Assembly: GCA_964515255.1 (NCBI GenBank)
Contig: CAZETL010000002.1
Span: 1 to 33,390, forward strand
Length of the DNA stretch: 33,390 bases
Reading direction: 5' to 3'
From: an uncultured Bdellovibrionales bacterium
Lineage (GTDB): Bacteria > Patescibacteriota > Minisyncoccia > Moranbacterales > UBA1568
The notes beneath the pieces are model-generated. The model did not search any database and was not told the origin of the DNA. It worked only from the letters and a program-made list of their open reading frames with translations. Shown in pieces: positions 25,638 to 33,390 of the stretch. The translations under genes were made by a program, and so were the position numbers. Within the stretch, counting starts at the first letter, position 1. Every line of letters begins with the position of its first letter.

Positions 25638-27737
25638 TTACGCTTTCTTATACTCTTTCGCGGTTGGCGCTGCTACGCACTTCGGACAAGTCTTGTGTTC
25701 GCCGGGGAGATAGCCGTGCGCGGGGCAAACGCTGAAGGTCGGAGACAGCGTGAAGTAAGGAAGGCGGTATTTCTCGGCGATTCTCTTGACGAGCGTTTTC
25801 GCAAGCGCGGGATCATTGATGCGCTCCCCGAGGAATCCGTGGAGAACCGTTCCTCCGGTGTATTGCGTCTGGAGATTATCCTGGAGGTCGAGCGCTTCGA
25901 AGATGTCGTCGGTAAAGCCGACGGGGAGATGGGAGGAATTGGTGTAGTACGGTTCGGCGTGTTTTGTTTTCACTTCCCGATCATTCGCGACGGTGATATC
26001 GGGGTATTTCTTCATATCGAGAAGCGCGAGCCGGTACGCGGTTCCTTCAGCCGGAGTCGCTTCGAGATTAAAGAGATTATTCGTCTTCTCCTGGTAATTT
26101 CCGATTCGTTCGCGCATATGCGTGAGGAGTCGCTCTGCAAACGATTGTCCCTTGGAAGTCGTGATGTCGGTTTTGAGGAGATTTCGGATCGCTTCATTGG
26201 TGCCGACGAGTCCGATGGTGCTGAAGTGATTCTTCCAGAATTGTTGGAACCGCTTCTTTACATTCGACAAATAGAACTTCGTATAGGGATACAGACCCTT
26301 TTCAGTGAGGCCTTCAACTACCTTCCGTTTTATTTCGAGGCTTTCTTTCGCAATATCCATGAGCCGATCCAGGCGTTTGAAGAAATCCTTTTCATTTTTC
26401 GCGAGGTATCCAATGCGCGGAAGATTGAGCGTGACGACTCCGATTGAGCCGGTAAGGGGGTTTGCGCCGAAAAGTCCGCCGCCGCGGCGGCGGAGCTCGC
26501 GATTGTCGAGCCGGAGTCGGCAGCACATGCTTCGCGCGTCGTCAGGGCTCATGTCGGAGTTTACGAAATTGGCAAAGTAGGGAATGCCGTATTTCGCAGT
26601 CATTTCCCAGAGCGGCGCGTGCGCCGGATTGTTCCAGTCGAAGTCCTTCGTGATGTTGTAGGTCGGGATAGGGAACGTGAAAATGCGGCCCGATGAATCG
26701 CCTTCGCACATGACCTCCGCAAAAGCGCGATTGATCATCGCCATCTCAGCAGCAAAATCGCCGTAGGTTTCTTTCTGCGGTTCGCCGCCGATAATGACAT
26801 GCTCGCTGGAGAGGATTTTCGGCGGAATGAGATCAAGCGTGATATTCGAGAACGGCGTCTGGAATCCGACGCGCGTCGAAACGTTCATGTTGAAGACGAA
26901 AGATTGAATCTCCTGCTTTACTTGTCGATACGAAAGTTTGTCATACCGGACGAAAGGAGCGAGCAATGTGTCGAAGTTGGAAAATGCCTGTGCGCCCGCG
27001 ACTTCGCCTTGGAGCGTATAGATGAACTTCACCATTTGCCCAAGTGCCGATCCGAGGTGTTTTGCTGGTTTGCACGAGACTTTGCCGGGGACGCCGGTGA
27101 AGCCGCGACGGAGGAGATCTTCCAGATCCCAGCCACAGCAATAGGCGGAGATGAGTTGGAGATCGTGGATATGGAGATCGCCCGATTCATGGGCTTCGCG
27201 GACTTCTTTCGGATAAATCCGATTCATCCAGTATTTCGTGCTGATTGCAGAAGAGACGTAGTTATTGAGTCCTTGCAAAGAATACGCCATATTGGCGTTT
27301 TCTTTCACGAGCCAGTCGAGATTGCCGATATATTTATCGACAAGATGGACAGCTTTGACGAGAGACTCTTCCGCTTCTCGTGTCTCTCGATGTTGTTCGC
27401 GGTAGAGAATATACGCTTTTGCCGTCTCGTGGTATCCCTCGGACATGAGGACGGTTTCGACGAGGTCCTGAATCTCTTCGATCTTTGGGATGAATTTCCC
27501 GAGGTTTTGTTTTGCGTATCGGCGGGACTTTTGCTCCAGAAGCGACACGACTTTTTTGCCGAGGCGAGGGGCTTCTTTTTCTGTTCCTGCTTGCGTCGCG
27601 GAGAGGGCTTTTTCGATGGCGTTCGCAATTTTGTACGGGTTGAATGGCACGGTTCGACCGCTTCGCTTTCGCACGGATTCGACCGATGCTTTTTCTTTTT
27701 GTTTGAGAGATTTTTTCGTTGCCATACCTTTTTTCAT
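25638..27737 (-). CDS. nrdD: Anaerobic ribonucleoside-triphosphate reductase (class III) large piece: ATP-cone, barrel and zinc site, lacking the glycyl-radical loop
   Basis: ATP-cone VRKRSGRTVPFNPYKIANAIEKAL. NrdD-like blocks TFPIPTYN, MCCRLRLD, YYTNSSHLPV and QTQYTGGTVLHGFLGE. The protein ends ...CPAHGYLPGEHKTCPKCVAAPTAKEYKKA*. GTG 27773 and ATG 27725 are alternative starts. Confidence 0.88.
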   Translation of the reverse strand: MKKGMATKKSLKQKEKASVESVRKRSGRTVPFNPYKIANAIEKALSATQAGTEKEAPRLGKKVVSLLEQKSRRYAKQNLGKFIPKIEEIQDLVETVLMSEGYHETAKAYILYREQHRETREAEESLVKAVHLVDKYIGNLDWLVKENANMAYSLQGLNNYVSSAISTKYWMNRIYPKEVREAHESGDLHIHDLQLISAYCCGWDLEDLLRRGFTGVPGKVSCKPAKHLGSALGQMVKFIYTLQGEVAGAQAFSNFDTLLAPFVRYDKLSYRQVKQEIQSFVFNMNVSTRVGFQTPFSNITLDLIPPKILSSEHVIIGGEPQKETYGDFAAEMAMINRAFAEVMCEGDSSGRIFTFPIPTYNITKDFDWNNPAHAPLWEMTAKYGIPYFANFVNSDMSPDDARSMCCRLRLDNRELRRRGGGLFGANPLTGSIGVVTLNLPRIGYLAKNEKDFFKRLDRLMDIAKESLEIKRKVVEGLTEKGLYPYTKFYLSNVKKRFQQFWKNHFSTIGLVGTNEAIRNLLKTDITTSKGQSFAERLLTHMRERIGNYQEKTNNLFNLEATPAEGTAYRLALLDMKKYPDITVANDREVKTKHAEPYYTNSSHLPVGFTDDIFEALDLQDNLQTQYTGGTVLHGFLGERINDPALAKTLVKRIAEKYRLPYFTLSPTFSVCPAHGYLPGEHKTCPKCVAAPTAKEYKKA

Positions 27738-27802
27738 GGAGAAAAGAAAAACCGTGGAAATCTTCTCCCCCACGGAGTGCGCGCTTCGAAGGGCGCCTCC
27801 CC

Positions 27803-27831
27803 ATTATCTTCCAAATAAAAAAACTCGTAAA
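27803..27831 (-). promoter_or_regulatory. Candidate nrdD promoter
   Basis: On the minus strand: TTTACG, a 17-nt spacer, then GATAAT, about 20 nt upstream of the first possible nrdD start. Confidence 0.35.
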
Positions 27832-27854
27832 GTTTCCCGTAGGGAAGGGGAGAA

Positions 27855-27863
27855 TGGTATACT
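27855..27863 (+). promoter_or_regulatory. Candidate extended -10 element for the ADP-forming acetyl-CoA synthetase gene
   Basis: TGGTATACT (TGnTATACT), 43 nt upstream of the ATG. Confidence 0.35.
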
Positions 27864-27905
27864 GAAGACGCTTTTCGTCGAGGATAAATTGAGAAGTTTT
27901 CTCCT

Positions 27906-30026
27906 ATGAGCATTGCGTCGCTTCTTGAACCGAAATCGATAGCCGTCGTAGGCGCTTCCACACAGGCGGGAAGCGTCGGAAATGATATTGTCAAAAATCT
28001 CGTTACACAAGGCTTTCAAGGGAAAGTTTTTCCCGTGAACCCAAAAACAAATGAATTGTACGGAGTTCCTTGTTTCCCAAATGTATCTTCGATTGAAGAT
28101 GACATTGAATGCGTCGTGATTGCCGTGCCGGCGAGCATTGTGCCCCAGGTATTGCGGGAAGCGGTGGAGAAAGGGATTCGGGCGGCAATTGTCATTTCCG
28201 CGGGATTCGGCGAATCGGGTCATGAGGATCTGGAACAAGAAATCGCATCGATTGCTGAGAAGGGCGGTATTTCCCTCTTGGGCCCGAATTGTCTCGGAGT
28301 TGTGAACCCCTCTCTTTCTCTCAACGCCTCTTTTGCGAGAACGCTTCCGAAGCGCGGCGGCGTTGCATTTTTGTCGCAGAGCGGCGCACTTGGCACGGCA
28401 ATTCTCGACGCCGCCGGAAATTATGGTATCGGGATATCCAAATTCGTCAGTCTCGGGAACAAGGCGCGCCTTGATGAACAGGCATTGCTTGAGTATCTTG
28501 CGCAGGATCGGAAAACGAAAGTTATCGCGATATACGCTGAGTCATTCAGGAACCCGGGGGCATTGAAGCGTATCGCGCGAAAGATGGCGATGTCGAAGCG
28601 TCCGAAGCCGATTATCGTGTTGAAATCTGGCCGGACGAATGCGGGCGCGTCGGCGCTTGCCTCCCATACAGGGGCGCTTGCTGGGAACGATGCGAGCTAT
28701 CAGGCGCTTTTTGAAGAGTCCGGGATACTCCGTGCGGAGACCGTAGAAGAGCTATTCCTATTGGCGCGAGCATTCTCGCTTGCTCCGATTCCGAAGGGTC
28801 GTCATGTCGCTATCCTCACAAATGCCGGAGGTCCGGGAGTGCTTGCTGCTGATGCGGCGATTTCTTCCGGCCTTGTTCTTGCTCCGATGAGCGAGAAAAC
28901 GAAAAACTCTCTGAGGAGTTTTCTGCCGGAGGCTGCGAGCGTAAAGAACCCGGTTGATATTCTCGGCGATGCGCGAAGCGACAGATATTTGAGAGCTCTG
29001 AGCGAAGTGCTGGCGGATTCGGAAGTGCAGTCCGTGCTTGTTCTCTTGACGCCGCAGTCCATGACGGATATAGAGGCGATTGCTGATTCGATCGCTGAGG
29101 AGGCGAAAAAACATGAGAAGCCCGTAGTGGCCGTATTCATGGGAGGGAAACTGGTTTCGAGCGGATTAAAGACGCTTCTCCGGAAGAAGATTCCAACGGC
29201 AAGCTTTCCCGAAGCGGGAATTTGCATGCTCTCGGCGCTCGCAAGGTTCTCTGAGTGGTGTGGTTCAATTTGGTCGAGAGAGGCCGGGCCTTATGTGTAC
29301 GCGATTCTTCCAGCATCGGATCGCATTCGCAAGGAGCAGGCGAAAGATATCGTGCAGGCGGTTCGCGATTCGGGGAGGCACATGCTCTCACCCGTTGAAA
29401 CACTGGATTTCTTTTCGAGTTACGGTTTTCCGATACCGAAATACGGCAGGGCATTGACATTGGAAGATGCTGTCCGAGTTGCCGGGGAGATCGGGGGCGA
29501 GTGTGCGATGAAAATACTCTCTGACGATATTACCCACAAGACTGATTCTGGAGGCGTTTCCCTTGGTGTTCGTCCGGAACAAGCCGGTGCAGCATTCTCT
29601 GATATGATGAAGCGCGTCCAGACAAGAGTCCCGGATGCGCAGCTCGATGGCGTGCTTCTTATGGAAATGGCTGCCTCCGGCGGTTTCGAATTGATTCTTG
29701 GGAGTTTTCGCGATTCGAATCTTGGGAACACGATTATGATTGGCGCGGGCGGCATTTATTCCGAGACGCTCAAGGATACAGCTTTCGGCCTTGCTCCGGT
29801 TGATCGCGATCGAGCTGGGCGAATGATTTCATCGCTTCGAGTCGCCCCCATTCTGAGCGGAGCGAGAGGGAAGGGCGCGCTTGATATGGCGGCGTTTATC
29901 GAGTGTATCGGTCGTCTTTCAGAACTTCTGGCGGATTTTCCGGAAATTCGCGAACTTGATATGAATCCAGTTCTTGTCTATGAGAACAGAGTGGTAGTCG
30001 TCGACGGCAGGGTTATGCTGGACTGA
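27906..30026 (+). CDS. Acetyl-CoA synthetase (ADP-forming), an acetate--CoA ligase family protein (fused alpha/beta)
   Basis: CoA-binding N-terminus SIAVVGAS, succinyl-CoA-synthetase-like NCLG block and a C-terminal ATP-grasp domain. Confidence 0.85.
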   Translation: MSIASLLEPKSIAVVGASTQAGSVGNDIVKNLVTQGFQGKVFPVNPKTNELYGVPCFPNVSSIEDDIECVVIAVPASIVPQVLREAVEKGIRAAIVISAGFGESGHEDLEQEIASIAEKGGISLLGPNCLGVVNPSLSLNASFARTLPKRGGVAFLSQSGALGTAILDAAGNYGIGISKFVSLGNKARLDEQALLEYLAQDRKTKVIAIYAESFRNPGALKRIARKMAMSKRPKPIIVLKSGRTNAGASALASHTGALAGNDASYQALFEESGILRAETVEELFLLARAFSLAPIPKGRHVAILTNAGGPGVLAADAAISSGLVLAPMSEKTKNSLRSFLPEAASVKNPVDILGDARSDRYLRALSEVLADSEVQSVLVLLTPQSMTDIEAIADSIAEEAKKHEKPVVAVFMGGKLVSSGLKTLLRKKIPTASFPEAGICMLSALARFSEWCGSIWSREAGPYVYAILPASDRIRKEQAKDIVQAVRDSGRHMLSPVETLDFFSSYGFPIPKYGRALTLEDAVRVAGEIGGECAMKILSDDITHKTDSGGVSLGVRPEQAGAAFSDMMKRVQTRVPDAQLDGVLLMEMAASGGFELILGSFRDSNLGNTIMIGAGGIYSETLKDTAFGLAPVDRDRAGRMISSLRVAPILSGARGKGALDMAAFIECIGRLSELLADFPEIRELDMNPVLVYENRVVVVDGRVMLD

Positions 30027-30219
30027 AAGAGTAAAGGCGGAATGCGGTTGATTCATTCGATTTTCTGACCGATTTTGTCGTTTCGCGATTTTTCCTGAGA
30101 AGGAGGAAAAAGTGCTCACATGTCGCTTGTGAGTGCGAATGGAGTGGAGGAAGGTTATTGGCTTATCTTGACGGCCTGTCACTTGATGGGGAGTACCATT
30201 GAGGAATATTCCAGGAGGA

Positions 30220-31068
30220 TTATTTCTTCTCGATGAGCTCGATGTTCTCAATGGTGACGTTTTCTTTCGGATGATCTTTTTTGTCCGTATCGACTTTCTC
30301 GATTTTACGAACCACATCCATTCCATCCGTAACTTCTCCGAAATTGGTGTAGCGGCCATCGAGAAGGGGCGTTGATTTCGCGGTCACGATGAAGAATTGG
30401 GACCCGTTTGTGTTGGGGCCGGCATTTGCCATGGCGATGGATCCTTGGACGAGTTTGCGCGAGTTTATTTCGTCGCCGAAAGTGTATCCCGGTCCGCCTT
30501 GACCGTCATCCGCCCAGTTGTCGTCTTTGGAGTTCGGATCGCCAGCTTGGATGATGAAACCCTTAATGATGCGATGGAATCGAATGCCGTTGTAGAAATC
30601 GTCATGCGCGAGCTTGAGGAAGTTCTCGACGGTTTTCGGGGCGTCGTCACTGTAAAACTTTATTGTGATAGCGCCCTCGCTGGTGTTCATTATTGCGCCG
30701 CTATATTTTTTTATGAGTTTCAGATCGCCACTTTTCTCTCCATTGCTTGATGTGCTTTCCTCCGGCGTTGGTCCAGTGGTTTCCCCTTCGGTTTCAGGCG
30801 GCTTTTGCGGTGGATCAGCGATCCCACCACTCTCTGGAACATGGGGTGTTGGGGGCATCGCGGCTTCCTCGTTTGTTGCGGCGCTTTGCGTTTTCTCGAC
30901 CGAAGCGGCGCTGGATGACGGCGGTGTGCTGGTGTTCTTTATGGCACGAGAGAGATAGCTGTAATCGCCGCGGCTAGACGTGAGTGTTTCCGGAGCCGGC
31001 TCTTGCGAGCATCCGGAGAGCGTCAGTACGGAAGCGAGGAGAAAAGCGATGAGAGAGAATTTTTTCAT
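30220..31068 (-). CDS. Lipoprotein peptidyl-prolyl cis-trans isomerase (cyclophilin type)
   Basis: From ATG 31068 the N-terminus is MKKFSLIAFLLASVLTLSGC (lipobox), followed by a Pro/Ser/Thr-rich linker. Cyclophilin blocks FHRIIKGFIIQAGDP and GSIAMANAGPNTNGSQFFI are present. Confidence 0.85.
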   Translation of the reverse strand: MKKFSLIAFLLASVLTLSGCSQEPAPETLTSSRGDYSYLSRAIKNTSTPPSSSAASVEKTQSAATNEEAAMPPTPHVPESGGIADPPQKPPETEGETTGPTPEESTSSNGEKSGDLKLIKKYSGAIMNTSEGAITIKFYSDDAPKTVENFLKLAHDDFYNGIRFHRIIKGFIIQAGDPNSKDDNWADDGQGGPGYTFGDEINSRKLVQGSIAMANAGPNTNGSQFFIVTAKSTPLLDGRYTNFGEVTDGMDVVRKIEKVDTDKKDHPKENVTIENIELIEKK

Positions 31069-31205
31069 AGGGACTGGAACATTGCTTGCGCTTCTCGGTC
31101 GCAGAAAAGAAAGCGTCTTCTTTTCAGGATAGCATAGATTCCCTCTTCGTTCAGAAAGATTCGTTTGTTCGGAGAATCCTGCATCCTGGACGAAACACTC
31201 TTTCC

Positions 31206-31916
31206 ATGGCACTATTTGAATACATCTTTCTGAAGCCAATGGGACCATTTTCTATTCGAATTCTCTTTGATTCAGTGCTTTTTCTTGCATGCGCGGCAAG
31301 CTTCTCTTTGCTTTCAGCGAGGATGTTTCTTACTGGAACGGATGGCTACTTCTTTCTGTCTTGGAATCTCGTGCTTGCCGCGGTCCCATATGGCCTCGCG
31401 CTTTTCTGGGACCGCGTATCCCATAGGGAATCCGCCTCGGCGTGGAAGGAAAGCGGTATTTTTTTGCTCTGGCTTTTTTTCTTTCCAAATGCGCCGTATA
31501 TCGTGACGGATTTTATCCATGTTCCGTGGGCGTATCCGAATTCGTCGAGATTCGCTTTTGATTTCTTGCTTGTTGCTTCGTTCGCCGTTTCCGGAATGCT
31601 CTTCGGATTGGGATCATTATTTCATGTCCATGCCGCGCTTCGAGATCGAATAGGGAGGACTTTTGCTGGAATCGTGGTGGCTTTCTCGATTTCCCTTGCA
31701 GGCATCGGCATGTACCTCGGGCGATTCCTCCGTTGGAACAGTTGGGACGTTCTGCTGAATCCGCTCCGGGTGCTTCGAGATGCGGCGCTCCGCTATGGCG
31801 ATCCCGCTTGGTTTGAACATGCGGCGGCCCTTTCGATTCTATTCGCTGCATTTATCGGAGTTTCGTACGGGATGTTCCTTGGGATGCGCCGCCTGCTTTC
31901 GAAGCTCGAGAGATAG
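31206..31916 (+). CDS. DUF1361-like integral membrane protein
   Basis: Multi-TM profile with FFPNAPYIVTDFIH. The ORF-track start at 31086 overlaps the divergent PPIase promoter region, so ATG 31206 is preferred. Confidence 0.7.
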   Translation: MALFEYIFLKPMGPFSIRILFDSVLFLACAASFSLLSARMFLTGTDGYFFLSWNLVLAAVPYGLALFWDRVSHRESASAWKESGIFLLWLFFFPNAPYIVTDFIHVPWAYPNSSRFAFDFLLVASFAVSGMLFGLGSLFHVHAALRDRIGRTFAGIVVAFSISLAGIGMYLGRFLRWNSWDVLLNPLRVLRDAALRYGDPAWFEHAAALSILFAAFIGVSYGMFLGMRRLLSKLER

Positions 31917-31930
31917 AATCTTTGGTCGCT

Positions 31931-33082
31931 CTATTCTTCCCCGTCTTCGCTTTGAGTTTTCTTGACACGAATCGACACGGATGATTTCGCAAATTTTTTC
32001 GCCGCGCCTTCTATCTGGTCCCTTGTCTCTCGGGGGAGCGAGGCGAAGGTTCTTTTGACGAGCGTCTGGTTGACCGCAAGCACGCTCTCCCATTTGCCAA
32101 GAGGGAGGAGCATTTCTCGAAGTTTTTCCCGGTCATAGTCGTATTTCTCGGTCCGGACGCGTTCGACAATCCCGCTTTCTCCGAAAAGCCGTTCGACGCC
32201 CTCGGCATCCATATAGCCGAGGATGGTTTCCTGGAGTTTCATGAGCTTTTGTTTCTCGAGCTCGATTGCGCGTTTCGCGGAGAGGTACTCGTTGATCGCC
32301 CGCTCTTTTTCTTCTTTTCCAGCCGCCTCGCGGTCGCGGAATTTATGCTTCCACATGGGGCATATCTTTTGGAACCCGCACCAGTCGCAGAGCGGACCGA
32401 CTCGCGGATCGAAGTGTCCGGACTCGATATCATTGATGGTGTCGAGGAAAAGCAGGTCCACTTTCCGAAGATCTTCCAGGGTGCGCGTCGAGGAGAGTTT
32501 CACTCCGTGTTTCAGGTAGTAGAGACTTACGGTGAGCTGATCGAGATGTTCGGATTCTTTCGGATAACGGGCGAGGAATGCTTTTGCGTAGACAGACAAC
32601 TGAAGATTTTCGTCCACGTCTTTTTGGGAGGGCATTTTCCGTCCGGTTTTGTAATCGATGATTTCGTAGCCGCTCGGTGTCTTATCGAGTCGGTCGATGA
32701 TGCCCCGGATCGTATGCGGCGACCCCCCTTCGTCGGTGATATCGAGTTGAAACGGCGTCTCGAGCGCGATCACGGTGTATTGCGACGGATCATTTGCTTC
32801 CCGGTATCGACGGATCATTTCGATGCCCATGGAGAAAGCTGCTCGTTCTTCGTCCGGATTGTCGTACACGGCGTCGTTCCAATTCTTCGCGAAGTGATTG
32901 ATTGCATCCTCGAGGGATGGCGGAAGAAGGGATGGTTCGTGGAGGTAGCGGAGCGTCGAGTGGACAAGCGTCCCGAAGACGGCCTCTTTCGATTTCGGCT
33001 CTTTCAATTTGTCTATTTCCTTGAATTTGTATTTCAAGGGGCAAGTGCGGTAGGAATCGAGAGAGGAATAGGAGAGGCGCAT
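31931..33082 (-). CDS. PD-(D/E)XK nuclease family protein (RecB/Cas4-like, with a putative Fe-S Cys cluster)
   Basis: GIIDRLDK...YEIIDYKTG nuclease core. One N-terminal Cys (YRTCPLKY) plus a C-terminal CDWCGFQKIC. Confidence 0.75.
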   Translation of the reverse strand: MRLSYSSLDSYRTCPLKYKFKEIDKLKEPKSKEAVFGTLVHSTLRYLHEPSLLPPSLEDAINHFAKNWNDAVYDNPDEERAAFSMGIEMIRRYREANDPSQYTVIALETPFQLDITDEGGSPHTIRGIIDRLDKTPSGYEIIDYKTGRKMPSQKDVDENLQLSVYAKAFLARYPKESEHLDQLTVSLYYLKHGVKLSSTRTLEDLRKVDLLFLDTINDIESGHFDPRVGPLCDWCGFQKICPMWKHKFRDREAAGKEEKERAINEYLSAKRAIELEKQKLMKLQETILGYMDAEGVERLFGESGIVERVRTEKYDYDREKLREMLLPLGKWESVLAVNQTLVKRTFASLPRETRDQIEGAAKKFAKSSVSIRVKKTQSEDGEE

Positions 33083-33146
33083 AGCTAAAAATGGATGCGA
33101 TACACTGTCGATAGGGAGGATAGATTCTAGTCACCGCCACTGTAGC

Positions 33147-33189
33147 AAAAAAGAAGAGAAAGAAAAAACCCATCCGATTGAGGATGGGT
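33147..33189 (-). terminator. Rho-independent terminator of the partial right-edge ORF
   Basis: On the minus strand: ACCCATCC-tcaatc-GGATGGGT followed by TTTTTTCTTTCTCTTCTTTTTT. Confidence 0.7.
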
Positions 33190-33208
33190 CAAAGAAAATT
33201 CGCCTATT

Positions 33209-33390
33209 TTATCTCGCAGCTCTCAACTTCATTTGTCTTAGGATCTCACCCCAGACGTCGTCATCATCATCGGCAATTTCCCCGACCTCCATCATCTGGT
33301 CGGCTGACAATGTTCCGGTTCGCACGATCATTTGCCAGACGTCGTTGCTTCTAGCGGTTTCCCCGACCTTCATCATCTGGTCGACCGACA
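33209..33390 (-). CDS. 3' end of a repeat-containing hypothetical protein (5' part lies outside the window)
   Basis: My own minus-strand translation gives ...SVDQMMKVGETARSNDVWQMIVRTGTLSADQMMEVGEIADDDDDVWGEILRQMKLRAAR*. The stop is at 33209-33211, followed by the terminator at 33147-33189. Confidence 0.45.
   Translation of the reverse strand, partial: SVDQMMKVGETARSNDVWQMIVRTGTLSADQMMEVGEIADDDDDVWGEILRQMKLRAAR

Noticed and set aside
26799-27818. A 339-aa plus-strand ORF (also 25695-26447, 250 aa)
   Set aside because: Both are antisense shadows of nrdD, whose identity is strongly supported. Their composition is biased (R/F/E-rich) and I recognised no motifs.
30089-30111. The hairpin TTTTTCCT-gagaagg-AGGAAAAA in the convergent spacer between acd and the PPIase, as a possible terminator
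   Set aside because: The stem is AT-only and weak, with no adjacent T-run on either strand. That is too little evidence to call it a feature.
1-33390. Alternative genetic code (UGA=Gly, code 25) as used by some CPR lineages
   Set aside because: TGA terminates well-aligned genes at their expected ends (OFOR alpha, tgt, ZnuC-like ATPase, permease), and no conserved protein needs read-through.

Overview
33.4-kb window that uses the standard genetic code: TGA acts as a stop, including at the ATGA start/stop overlaps at 4563-4566 and 23007-23010. I found no rRNA, tRNA or CRISPR array. The gene content points to a small-genome, anaerobic, fermentative bacterium, plausibly from the CPR/Patescibacteria; this taxonomic call is inference only. 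Housekeeping genes include ftsK, tgt, glyQS, metG, rsmI, tatD, an M16 peptidase and an AI-2E permease. Other recognisable genes are a two-subunit 2-oxoacid:ferredoxin oxidoreductase, an ADP-forming acetyl-CoA synthetase, a Fur-family regulator with a metal ABC importer, a class III ribonucleotide reductase, a lipoprotein cyclophilin, DUF1361 and a Cas4-like PD-(D/E)XK nuclease. Two loci stand out. (1) The class III RNR locus (23833-27773, minus strand) looks like a gene in pieces. The 711-aa NrdD ORF stops right after its zinc site and has no glycyl-radical loop. The loop (RVVGY) sits on a free-standing 83-aa zinc-ribbon mini-ORF downstream. The two are separated by an unknown 100-aa ORF, and an opposite-strand 81-aa mini-gene with a near-consensus promoter lies between the mini-ORF and nrdG. 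(2) At 5474-10526 there are three paralogous exported Cys-rich proteins built from a repeated 4-Cys module plus a conserved C-terminal domain. Two of them are followed by identical small TM/proline-rich ORFs. An 882-bp direct repeat (881/882 identical) spans the 3' end of paralogs A and B plus the small ORF. Smaller observations are a 19-bp inverted-repeat element after rsmI, two perfect 19-bp palindromes at the Fur-family promoter, and a repeat-containing partial ORF at the right edge. All functional calls rest on motif recognition by eye. No database search was run, and start codons are best guesses.
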